DNA from: Lentisphaerota bacterium
Lineage (GTDB): Bacteria; Verrucomicrobiota; Kiritimatiellia; RFP12; UBA3636
Length of the DNA stretch: 31,340 bases
Assembly (NCBI GenBank): GCA_012511845.1
Contig: JAAZFF010000052.1
Span: 1-31,340 of the forward strand
Direction of reading: 5' to 3'
Numbering within the stretch: the first letter of the stretch is position 1; each line of letters starts with the position of its first letter. Shown here piece after piece: positions 17,320 to 25,466 of this stretch. Below the pieces are notes generated by a model, which was given only the letters and a program-made list of their open reading frames with translations, did no database searches and was not told where the DNA came from. Made by a program: the position numbers and the translations under genes.

Positions 17320-17338
17320 TTATCGTTTTAACGATAAT
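17319..17338. promoter_or_regulatory. Perfect 9-2-9 palindrome upstream of hcp, candidate operator
   Basis: ATTATCGTT-TT-AACGATAAT, ending 52 bp before the hcp ATG. Confidence 0.45.
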
Positions 17339-17390
17339 ATCCTATGTTTAATAACAACACCAAAAGTAAATCAAAAAAAGGAATTAGCAA

Positions 17391-18944
17391 ATGAGTGAAA
17401 TGTTTTGTTTCCAATGTGAACAAACAGCCGGAGGTAAAGGCTGTACACGTATGGGCGTGTGCGGAAAGAAACCGGAAGTTTCAAACCTGCAAGATGAGAT
17501 TACTGCTTCAATGATTACGCTGGCGCGTGCCCTTGAAGATAGCGCACCATGTAAAGAGTGCGAAAATCTTTTTATGGATGCCCTGTTTATGTGCGTCACA
17601 AATGTGAATTTTGATCCGGTTCCCATCACGAAAATGCGTGACAAAATCCGCGCGAAGGTTGCTGAGCATGGAGGAGCGGAAGAATATAAACCGGAAGATC
17701 TTTTCCATGGTGATGAAGATGTGGTTTCCCTTCGTTCAACACTTCTTTTCGGTATGAGAGGCATGGCTGCCTATGCGCATCATGCTCGTATCCTTGGAAA
17801 AGAGGATCCTGAAGTATTTGCATGGTTCCAAAAAGGACTTAAAGCAGCAGGTGATGAGCATTCTGTAGAAGGTTGGCTCGACTTGATAATGGAGTTTGGT
17901 CAGATAAATCTCAAGTGCATGAAACTTCTTGATGAAGCAAATACCGAAGCCTACGGGAACCCTGTTCCAACAGAGGTTGCCACCGGTTACAAGAAAGGTC
18001 CATTTGTAATTATTACCGGGCACGACCTGCTTGATCTCAAGATGCTGCTTGAGCAGACAGAAGGCAAGGGCGTTAATGTTTATACGCACGGTGAAATGCT
18101 TCCCGCTTTCGGATATCCCGAATTAAATAAATATCCGCACCTGAAAGGTAATTTCGGTACAGCGTGGCAGAATCAGCAGAAGGAATTTGATGGAATACCC
18201 GGTGTAGTTCTTTACACAACAAACTGCATCATGCCTCCCAGACCTACATACGTTGACAACCTTTATACAACAGCAGAAGTAGGCTGGCCCGGAGTCAAAC
18301 ACATAGAAGCCGATGAGTCAGGATACAAAGATTTTTCAGCCATGATCGAACATGCTATTCAACTGGGTGGATGGCAGGATGAGGTTGAGGGTGATCCCCT
18401 GATGACTGGTTTTGGCCATAACGCCGTTCTCGGTGTAGCAGATAAAGTTGTCAATGCTGTCAAAGAAGGAAAAATTAAACATATCTTCCTCGTAGGCGGT
18501 TGCGACGGCGCCAAACTTGGTCGAGATTACTACACCGAGTTTGTAGAAAAATCACCGAAAGACACGCTGATTCTAACACTGGCATGTGGAAAATATCGCT
18601 TCAATCACCTGCAGACCAAACTTGGTGATATCGATGGCATTCCACGCCTGCTCGATATGGGACAGTGCAATGATGCGTTCTCTGCCATTGAGGTAGCAGT
18701 AGCACTGGCAAAAGTATTCGAATGTGGAGTAAATGAATTGCCATTGACGCTCGTCCTTTCATGGTACGAGCAGAAAGCCGTCTGTATCCTGCTGACGCTT
18801 CTCTCCCTCGGTATCAAAAACATGCGTCTCGGACCAACGCTGCCTGCGTTTGTCTCTCCCGCAGTGCTTAACGTACTCGTAGAGAAGTTTGATCTTAAGC
18901 CGATCCAAACGGCAGATGTAGATTTGGCTGAAATGCTGGCGTAA
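17391..18944 (+). CDS. hcp: Hybrid cluster protein (hydroxylamine reductase)
   Basis: N-terminal C-x2-C-x8-C-x5-C. Hybrid-cluster ligand motifs TGHDL, THGEM, TTNC, GGCDG, LACG, GQCND and WYEQKA. Confidence 0.97.
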   Translation: MSEMFCFQCEQTAGGKGCTRMGVCGKKPEVSNLQDEITASMITLARALEDSAPCKECENLFMDALFMCVTNVNFDPVPITKMRDKIRAKVAEHGGAEEYKPEDLFHGDEDVVSLRSTLLFGMRGMAAYAHHARILGKEDPEVFAWFQKGLKAAGDEHSVEGWLDLIMEFGQINLKCMKLLDEANTEAYGNPVPTEVATGYKKGPFVIITGHDLLDLKMLLEQTEGKGVNVYTHGEMLPAFGYPELNKYPHLKGNFGTAWQNQQKEFDGIPGVVLYTTNCIMPPRPTYVDNLYTTAEVGWPGVKHIEADESGYKDFSAMIEHAIQLGGWQDEVEGDPLMTGFGHNAVLGVADKVVNAVKEGKIKHIFLVGGCDGAKLGRDYYTEFVEKSPKDTLILTLACGKYRFNHLQTKLGDIDGIPRLLDMGQCNDAFSAIEVAVALAKVFECGVNELPLTLVLSWYEQKAVCILLTLLSLGIKNMRLGPTLPAFVSPAVLNVLVEKFDLKPIQTADVDLAEMLA

Positions 18945-18967
18945 GTCATACTTATAAATTAAAGTTG

Positions 18968-19000
18968 AAGGCCGCAGAGTGATCGCTCTGCGGCTTTTTT
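18968..19000 (+). terminator. Rho-independent terminator of the hcp operon
   Basis: GCCGCAGAG-TGATCG-CTCTGCGGC followed by T6. Confidence 0.9.
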
Positions 19001-19021
19001 ACGCCCTACTGCCGGTTCGGG

Positions 19022-19152
19022 AACCACGAATGAGCACGATCCGGCTTCGAATCCTGCGCCGGGGCAAGCCGTAAACTGCCGTTTGGAGGGTGAGCGTCCC
19101 CGCGAACCGCAGGCAATGCAACACGGCTCATGAGAACATTCGCCTCCAGCTT
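19022..19152. repeat. Intergenic mosaic block 4a: decamer module, CGGCTT..AAGCCG module and convergent GGAG-REP doublet (REPIN-like)
   Basis: 19041-19071 matches 25604-25634 at 28/31. REP A is at 19084-19110 (+) and REP B at 19124-19148 (-). Confidence 0.88.
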
Positions 19153-19389
19153 TTTTGTATACTATCCAAGGTTAGAACACCTTACCTCGATGCCTCGTTT
19201 TTGGCATCAACTAGCTTCTAACGCCCTGTATTATCAGTAGTATGGAGCAGTTCACCCACCAGGCACTGGGCATTCGCGGGAAGGGGACGGATGCGAGACA
19301 CTGAGGATGTCGGCGTAAGGAAGGGCAAAAACGTAAATGCGGCGCAGAGGCTTGAAATTGCTGAACCTTTGCGCAACGGGATACGCAGG

Positions 19390-19415
19390 GTAGGGACGGC
19401 TCTCCGTAGCGGTCC
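19390..19415 (+). repeat. Degenerate GTAG-tagged REP-like hairpin
   Basis: GTAG-GGACGGC-TCTCCGTA-GCGGTCC, a 7-bp stem with one mismatch. Confidence 0.6.
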
Positions 19416-19444
19416 GAGCGGCAGTCATGACGCAAACGGGTCGC

Positions 19445-19631
19445 CAAGCCCTTCGGGCAGCAATCAGTAGGCAGTGGGCAGTGACCAGTTTCTAAGCAAG
19501 CGGGCACAGACAGGAATGTCTGTGCTACAGTCTGCGGCACATAAGCTCTGCGTCTCTGCGTGAGAAAACTGCGGCGCATAAGAAAACTGCCCACTGCCCA
19601 CTGCACACTACCCACTGGCACGGCGGGCTTG
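19445..19631. mobile_element. MITE-like unit bounded by inverted arrays of five 7-bp repeats, carrying a GTAG-REP
   Basis: Left end: CAAGCC-cttcgg-GCAGCAA TCAGTAG GCAGTGG GCAGTGA CCAGTTT-ct. Right end, read on the minus strand: CAAGCC-cgccgtg-CCAGTGG GTAGTGT GCAGTGG GCAGTGG GCAGTTT-tct. Mobility is inferred, not shown, and no target duplication was identified. Confidence 0.45.
19505..19528 (-). repeat. GTAG-tagged REP-like palindrome
   Basis: GTAG-CACAGAC-ATTCCT-GTCTGTG is a perfect 7-bp stem. A degenerate copy lies at 25661-25684. Confidence 0.8.
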
Positions 19632-19780
19632 CCGGGCCTGTCTGTAACCAGCGCAATTGTGGCAAAGCCACATCAACACACCCCTCAAGCACTCTGCCTC
19701 ACTGCATAACACGCAAGCCAATCTGTGCAAGTTTACGCCATTGCGTTGTTTTTGAATGTAGTTTAAGAATATTTGGAAAA

Positions 19781-20425
19781 CTAGGTTATATTAAATATCT
19801 TAAAAAATCCCACAACAACAGCTCTTATAAATTTACCTGTAAATTCAAAATTCAGCAGAACAAAAACAAGGAGGAACCCAACCCATTCCAGTCGCATATA
19901 CGGTATGGCAAGCTTTTCCGGCAACAGTACCATAACGACCCGTGAACCATCAAGCGGTGGAATAGGTATCATATTGAACGTCATCAACATGATGTTGACC
20001 GCTATGTAAGAAAAAGCAGCAACAGCTATATATAAATTTACTGTGGGAGAAAAAGGCATTATTTCAGATACGCTCAAATGGTAAAGGGCAACTCCAATGA
20101 GTGCCTGGATCAGGTTGGATGCCGGTCCTGCTATTGCCGTCAGCCAGAAAGCCTGGCGCGGGTTGCGTGTCCTGCCCAGATTAATCGGTACAGGTTTTGC
20201 CCAGCCGAATAATACAGGTGAACGGAAGACAGTTAAAATTATCGGGAGTATAACTGTGCCGACGGGGTCAATGTGGCGAATAGGATTCAAGGATAAGCGT
20301 CCGGCATCACGGGCAGTAGAGTCTCCGCAAAGCAGTGCCACAAATCCATGAGAAATTTCGTGTATCATGACAGCTAGTATAAGTGCTATGATCCGGATCA
20401 GTGATACTATATTTTCATCTATCAT
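19781..20425 (-). CDS. Site-2 protease family protein (peptidase M50)
   Basis: HEISH, SLNPIRHIDP, AIAGPASN and NMIPIPPLDG. Confidence 0.93.
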   Translation of the reverse strand: MIDENIVSLIRIIALILAVMIHEISHGFVALLCGDSTARDAGRLSLNPIRHIDPVGTVILPIILTVFRSPVLFGWAKPVPINLGRTRNPRQAFWLTAIAGPASNLIQALIGVALYHLSVSEIMPFSPTVNLYIAVAAFSYIAVNIMLMTFNMIPIPPLDGSRVVMVLLPEKLAIPYMRLEWVGFLLVFVLLNFEFTGKFIRAVVVGFFKIFNIT

Positions 20426-20471
20426 TTTCTACTCGAAATGGCGTCCTGTACTGCTGTTCACAGCAGGGCGT

Positions 20472-22784
20472 TCATGATTGCTGCTTTGTAAGAAATTTTG
20501 CTGTAAAGTCACTTATAGCCTCATCGATCTCTGCAATATAGCTCAGGGATAAAAGTTTGGCAGCGTACTCTTCACAATCCTTTGTATTTAGTCGTGAAAT
20601 CAGATGCTGTGCTGCAGGAATATGAGTGGGTTCGAGGCTGAGATTCCGCAATCCTATACCTATAAGGAAGGGTATGTAGTGAGATTCACGCCCCATTTCA
20701 CCGCATAACGAAATAGGGACGTTATGTTTAAGTGCAGATTCAACACTTGTTTTTATACCCCGTAATACAGCGGGATGGTGGGGGACGTACATTTTGCTAA
20801 CGTTGGAATTCGTTCTGTCAACTGCAAGCATGTACTGTATAAAGTCGTTTGTGCCTATAGAGAAGAAGTCAGCAGTTTTGCAAAGATGATCCAGCACTCC
20901 GATAACTGCCGGAGTTTCTATCATCAACCCTACCCGGGGAGTTATCAGCTCTTCGCCATCAAATTCTGAACGTATATAACCCATGCAGATATCAACACGC
21001 TCCCTCGCCGAAGCGAACTCCTCCGCCGATGTTATCATAGGAAACATAATCGAAACATCGGTGCGCTTCTTGTTTTGTATTGCTCTTAGCAGTGCCCTGA
21101 GTTGCTGATCCAGAATAAAGGGATACTTCAGGGTAAAGCGTATAGAACGCAATCCCATGGCAGGATTATCTTCTTTTGTTCCAAATAGATAAGGGATGAT
21201 TTTATCACCACCTGCATCAAGAGTTCGGAAAACAATCGGTTTATCCGGCATGCGCTCCATTATTCGAGTATAAATTGCCTGCTGATCAGTTTCGCTCGGT
21301 ATTGTCTGACGCATCATAAACGGAATTTCAGTTCTATAAAGTCCGATTCCCTCGGCATTCGCATCTGCCGCAGCGTTAATTTCTGAAATTATATTAATAT
21401 TGGCATTCAAAAATATGCGACTACCATCCTTAGTGAATGTTTCTTTTAAATCACTTCGATATGTAATGCGTTTTTTTGCTTCCTCCCGACTCCGCTTGCC
21501 GAATTTTTTCAAGGTAGCATTGTCAGGATGTACAATGACTGTTTCGTCCGAGCAATCTAAAATTGCAACTTCCCCGTCAGGTAACCGCAACAGATCCCTG
21601 ACCGGTAAAATTATCATTGGAATTTTGAGTGAGCGTACAAGCAAGGTCACGTGTGCCGTACTTCCCCCCGCAATAAGTATGATTCCAAGTATATGCCCCT
21701 GGGCTATTTGCAGGACATCAGAGGGCAGCAGTTTTTCTGCTACTATTATGCGGGAAGCACGGTCTTCTCCAAATGAATCCTGGTCGGTTGTTACAGCTTC
21801 AAGGAGGCGCAACGCCAGATCTTCAATATCGTGAGCCTTCTCGCGAATATATTCTGTTTCACTCTTCCTGAAAAATCTTATAAATTCGTTGCTGACGATA
21901 GCGACTGCTTTCGTAACAGGCGTTCCGCTTTCGATGAGTTTTTCTATCTTTCCGATATAATTCTCATCATGCATCATCATTATTTCAGTTTCAAAAATCA
22001 TTGACGCTGCCTCGGGCAGGCGTTTATCAAGAGTCTCGGAAATTTGTCTGAAACGTTCTTCAACAATGGATATTGCTTCGCTAAGCGAGCGAATCGGTTC
22101 GGGATAATCGGCTGCGTTCTCAGCAAGCAAGCCACTTATATTTGCGGCGGACATTACCTTTACCTTACCCATTGCCCAGCCGTCTGATACTGCGGAACCC
22201 TTAAATGTTGTCTCTTCAGTCAGATTTAACGGACCGCTTTCCAATGGAGGTCTTCCTGCGTTTTCTACAAGGAGCATGGCATTGGCGCTCTGCATTCTTG
22301 TGGCAAGTTCTTCTGCTTTCAGGCGGGCTGCGCTTATCTCCTCAGCAAGAAAGGGTACACCCGTTCTACGTTGAAGCATTATTGCCCCGACGCGCTCTTT
22401 ACCGTAAAGGAGGGGTATACCGAGAAATGTCTGCAGGTCATCATCAGGAAAATTATGATGACGAACGTATCCCCGCATGGTCGAAGCCATTTCTGTGTAA
22501 ATGGAGCGTCGCTCGGCTAGGCATCGTCCTATAAGTCCCTCGCCGGCTTTTAGTACGATTGACGCCTTCCCGAACATAGGATACCCGTAGGCGGCGCGCA
22601 ATGTGAGGGTGCGATTGGATTCATCGTACAAAAAAAGACCACACGCATCGCATTTAAAACGGTGAGCGAACATATTGACAGCCTGATCCAGGAAATGTTT
22701 TGTGCCGCCGCTTGCAGGTTTATTCAGATTTTTTGGTGTTTCCACGTTTCGGGCATCTGAAGGTGTGTCCGTTTTCGTGTTCAT
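20472..22784 (-). CDS. ptsP: GAF-domain phosphoenolpyruvate-protein phosphotransferase (Enzyme I-Ntr)
   Basis: N-terminal GAF domain, phospho-His motif GGSTAH, then GIGLYRTE, RTLDAGGDK, NPAMGLRSIR, FSIGTNDFIQY and CGEMG. Confidence 0.93.
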   Translation of the reverse strand: MNTKTDTPSDARNVETPKNLNKPASGGTKHFLDQAVNMFAHRFKCDACGLFLYDESNRTLTLRAAYGYPMFGKASIVLKAGEGLIGRCLAERRSIYTEMASTMRGYVRHHNFPDDDLQTFLGIPLLYGKERVGAIMLQRRTGVPFLAEEISAARLKAEELATRMQSANAMLLVENAGRPPLESGPLNLTEETTFKGSAVSDGWAMGKVKVMSAANISGLLAENAADYPEPIRSLSEAISIVEERFRQISETLDKRLPEAASMIFETEIMMMHDENYIGKIEKLIESGTPVTKAVAIVSNEFIRFFRKSETEYIREKAHDIEDLALRLLEAVTTDQDSFGEDRASRIIVAEKLLPSDVLQIAQGHILGIILIAGGSTAHVTLLVRSLKIPMIILPVRDLLRLPDGEVAILDCSDETVIVHPDNATLKKFGKRSREEAKKRITYRSDLKETFTKDGSRIFLNANINIISEINAAADANAEGIGLYRTEIPFMMRQTIPSETDQQAIYTRIMERMPDKPIVFRTLDAGGDKIIPYLFGTKEDNPAMGLRSIRFTLKYPFILDQQLRALLRAIQNKKRTDVSIMFPMITSAEEFASARERVDICMGYIRSEFDGEELITPRVGLMIETPAVIGVLDHLCKTADFFSIGTNDFIQYMLAVDRTNSNVSKMYVPHHPAVLRGIKTSVESALKHNVPISLCGEMGRESHYIPFLIGIGLRNLSLEPTHIPAAQHLISRLNTKDCEEYAAKLLSLSYIAEIDEAISDFTAKFLTKQQS

Positions 22785-23783
22785 TTATTCAGATTTAGGG
22801 GATGTTACAATTGTCTTTATGTTGTAGATTTGTTTATCCTGAGATTCATGATATGTTCTTGTGGTTAGCTCTGCTAAAAGCCCCAGTACTATAAATTGAA
22901 TTGAAAATCCCAGGAACATCAGGGGGGTCATTATCCAGAATGGACGCTTAATGAGCAACTCCTCTCCCCACCAGGGAACATTTATAGCACCTGTTGCTCC
23001 CAGCATAGCTTCGAGTCCCACAATGCCAAGAATTAATCCTGCCCATGCTCCGAAGTGTACTCCTATTTTGCCAAAAACCTGGATTGGACGCGTGCTGTAG
23101 GAAAGCAGGAACTTGACAGTCATAAGATCCAGCACAACTCTGAGTGTGCGTGATATTCCATATTTAGACTTGCCGTATTTTCTGGCATGGTGCGATACGG
23201 GTATTTCTGTTACTGTGCCGCCTGCCCAGCGACATAGAGCCGGAATAAAGCGGTGCATTTCACCATATAGGCGAACGTTGGAAATTATTTCTCTTCGATA
23301 CGCTTTCAGAGAACAGCCATAGTCATGGAGCTTTACTCCGGTAAGGTGCCCTATCAGCCTGTTTGCAATCATCGATGGGAGTTTTCGGTTTATAAAAGTG
23401 TCCTGTCTGTCTTTTCTCCAGCCGCTGACTACATCGTACCCTTCACCTTCATCAAGTTTTTCAAGAAGCGCTGGAATATCTGCGGGATCATTTTGCAGGT
23501 CTGCATCGAGAGTAATAAGGATTGCACCGTCGGATTCATTTATTCCTGCACTCATCGCTGCTGTCTGGCCGTAATTTCGTCTGAATCGCACCAGTTTTAA
23601 ATTCGGGTATTTTTCTGCCATGTCGTTCATGACATCCCAAGAGGTGTCTGTAGAGCCGTCATCGACAAGAACAATTTCATACGTTTTGCCGAGCTTGGAC
23701 ATTACCGCATGGAGTTTGTCACAAAGGAACGGCAAACTCTCCTCTTCATTATACACTGCCACCGCTATACTGATATCGTGCAT
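22785..23783 (-). CDS. Glycosyltransferase family 2 (ArnC/polyprenol-phosphate glycosyltransferase-like)
   Basis: YNEEE, VDDGSTD, RNYGQTAA, DADLQNDP, DYGCSLKAY, GEMHRFIP and two C-terminal TM helices. Confidence 0.92.
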   Translation of the reverse strand: MHDISIAVAVYNEEESLPFLCDKLHAVMSKLGKTYEIVLVDDGSTDTSWDVMNDMAEKYPNLKLVRFRRNYGQTAAMSAGINESDGAILITLDADLQNDPADIPALLEKLDEGEGYDVVSGWRKDRQDTFINRKLPSMIANRLIGHLTGVKLHDYGCSLKAYRREIISNVRLYGEMHRFIPALCRWAGGTVTEIPVSHHARKYGKSKYGISRTLRVVLDLMTVKFLLSYSTRPIQVFGKIGVHFGAWAGLILGIVGLEAMLGATGAINVPWWGEELLIKRPFWIMTPLMFLGFSIQFIVLGLLAELTTRTYHESQDKQIYNIKTIVTSPKSE

Positions 23784-23832
23784 TGTTCCTCTCCGTTATT
23801 GTGTTGTCGAGCTCCGTTTAAATTGTGATATG

Positions 23833-25466
23833 TCAGACGTTGCGCCCTCTCGCTTTTCGATAGCGAGAAATCAGCGCATTTGTTGATGCATCATGGTTGC
23901 CTGAATCAGGAGGAAGCTCAGAAACTAGCTCGGGATAGATTTTAGAAGCCAAATCTTTTCCGAGCTGACCCCCCACTGGTCAAATGAAAAAATATTCCAG
24001 ATTACACCTTGTGCAAAAATCTTGTGTTCATAAAGGGCTACCAATGCTCCGAAAACAGCAGGAGTCAGTTCATCTGCCATTATCGTATTGGTAGGCCGGT
24101 TACCTTCAAAAACTTTGTGAGGAACGAGTTCTTCCGGAACACCCTCTTCACGTACTTCTTCTATAGTTTTTCCGAATGCCAGAGCCTCTGTCTGCGCAAA
24201 GAAGTTCGACATAAGGTTGTCATGATGCGTTCCTGTTTCGTTATGAGATTTGCAGAAACCTATAAAATCTGCCGGTATCAGCTTCGTTCCCTGATGGATC
24301 ACCTGATAAAAGGCGTGCTGCCCGTTCGTTCCGGGTTCTCCCCAGACGTCAGGACCGGTTTGAATTTTAACACGGTTACCCTGTTTATCGATGTATTTTC
24401 CGTTACTCTCCATATCGAGCTGTTGGAGGTAGGCAGGGAAGCGTGCGAGATACTGATCATAAGGCAAAACCGCATAAGATTGCGCGCCATGGAGATTATT
24501 GTATACAATGCCAAGCAGAGCTATTATTACAGGCATATTCTGCTCAAAAGGTGTTTGGGCAAAGTGGCTGTCCATGGCGAAAAAGCCGTCAAGCATCGCA
24601 TTAAAATGATCAGCCCCGATTGCCAGCATCAGCGGAAGCCCAATCGCAGAGGGCAGGGAGTAGCGACCTCCTACCCAGTCCCAGAATTCGAACATGTTGG
24701 CTGTATCAATTCCAAACTTTGCCACTTCGTCCGCATTTGTCGATACAGCTGCAAAATGGTTGGCGACAGCCTTTTCATCCTTGAGGGAGTCAAGCAACCA
24801 GGCTCTTGCCGTTCGCCCGTTCGTCATGGTCTCAAGTGTTGTAAACGTTTTTGAAGCGATAATAAAAAGTGTTTCTTCAGGATCCATGCCGAAAGTCGCT
24901 TCAACAAAATGTGTGGCATCAATATTGGAAACAAACTCAAATCGGAGATTCCTGTCTGCAAATGGTTGAAGTGCCTGCACTGCCATGGCAGGTCCCAGAT
25001 CTGAACCGCCTATTCCGATATTCACAATATTTTTGATCCGTTTACCGGTAAAGCCTTTCCACTCTCCTGAACGGACTTTCTCAGAAAAGGTTGCCATTTT
25101 TTCAAGGACTGCCTTAACTGCCGGTATCACATCTTCTCCATCAACTAAAACAGGTTTTCCCGAACGGTTTCTCAAAGCCGTGTGCAAAACCGGGCGGTCC
25201 TCTGTCCTGTTTATTCTTTCTCCGGAAAACATTGCTGAAATGGCTTCCTGCAATCCGCATGCCCGTGCCATATTGCACAAATCACTCATCATTTCAGATG
25301 TAACAAGGTTTTTGGAATAATCAAGCACCAGACCTGCCGCCTCTACTGTCATGTTTTTGGCACGATCAGGGTCATCCTTGAAAGCCTGACGGAGATTCAA
25401 ACCTCCCGCAACTTCAAAACTGTTGCGGATTACATCCCATTCTTTGAGCTCTGTAAAGTTTGTCAT
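23833..25466 (-). pseudogene. pgi: Glucose-6-phosphate isomerase with a single-base frameshift near the 3' end (real lesion or sequence error)
   Basis: [39 protein letters not shown] and [10 protein letters not shown] are present. After FDQWGV the frame gives [13 protein letters not shown]. Adding one base at 23966/23967 gives [14 protein letters not shown]...[20 protein letters not shown] ending at 23833 (544 aa). Confidence 0.9.

Noticed and set aside
19046-19054. TTCGAATCC (also 25609-25617) as a tRNA T-loop or tRNA-derived att site
   Set aside because: The flanks do not form a T-stem, and there is no cloverleaf, CCA end or integrase.
19495-19552. Near-identical pair with 25637-25694 as a DGR template/variable repeat
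   Set aside because: Mismatches are not adenine-specific, both copies are intergenic, and no reverse transcriptase is present.
19211-19621. 136-aa ORF, and similar ORFs 12484..12774, 25502..25741 and 25617..25865
   Set aside because: They run through GC-rich repeat mosaics, with no RBS or recognisable protein features. No transposase motif was seen.
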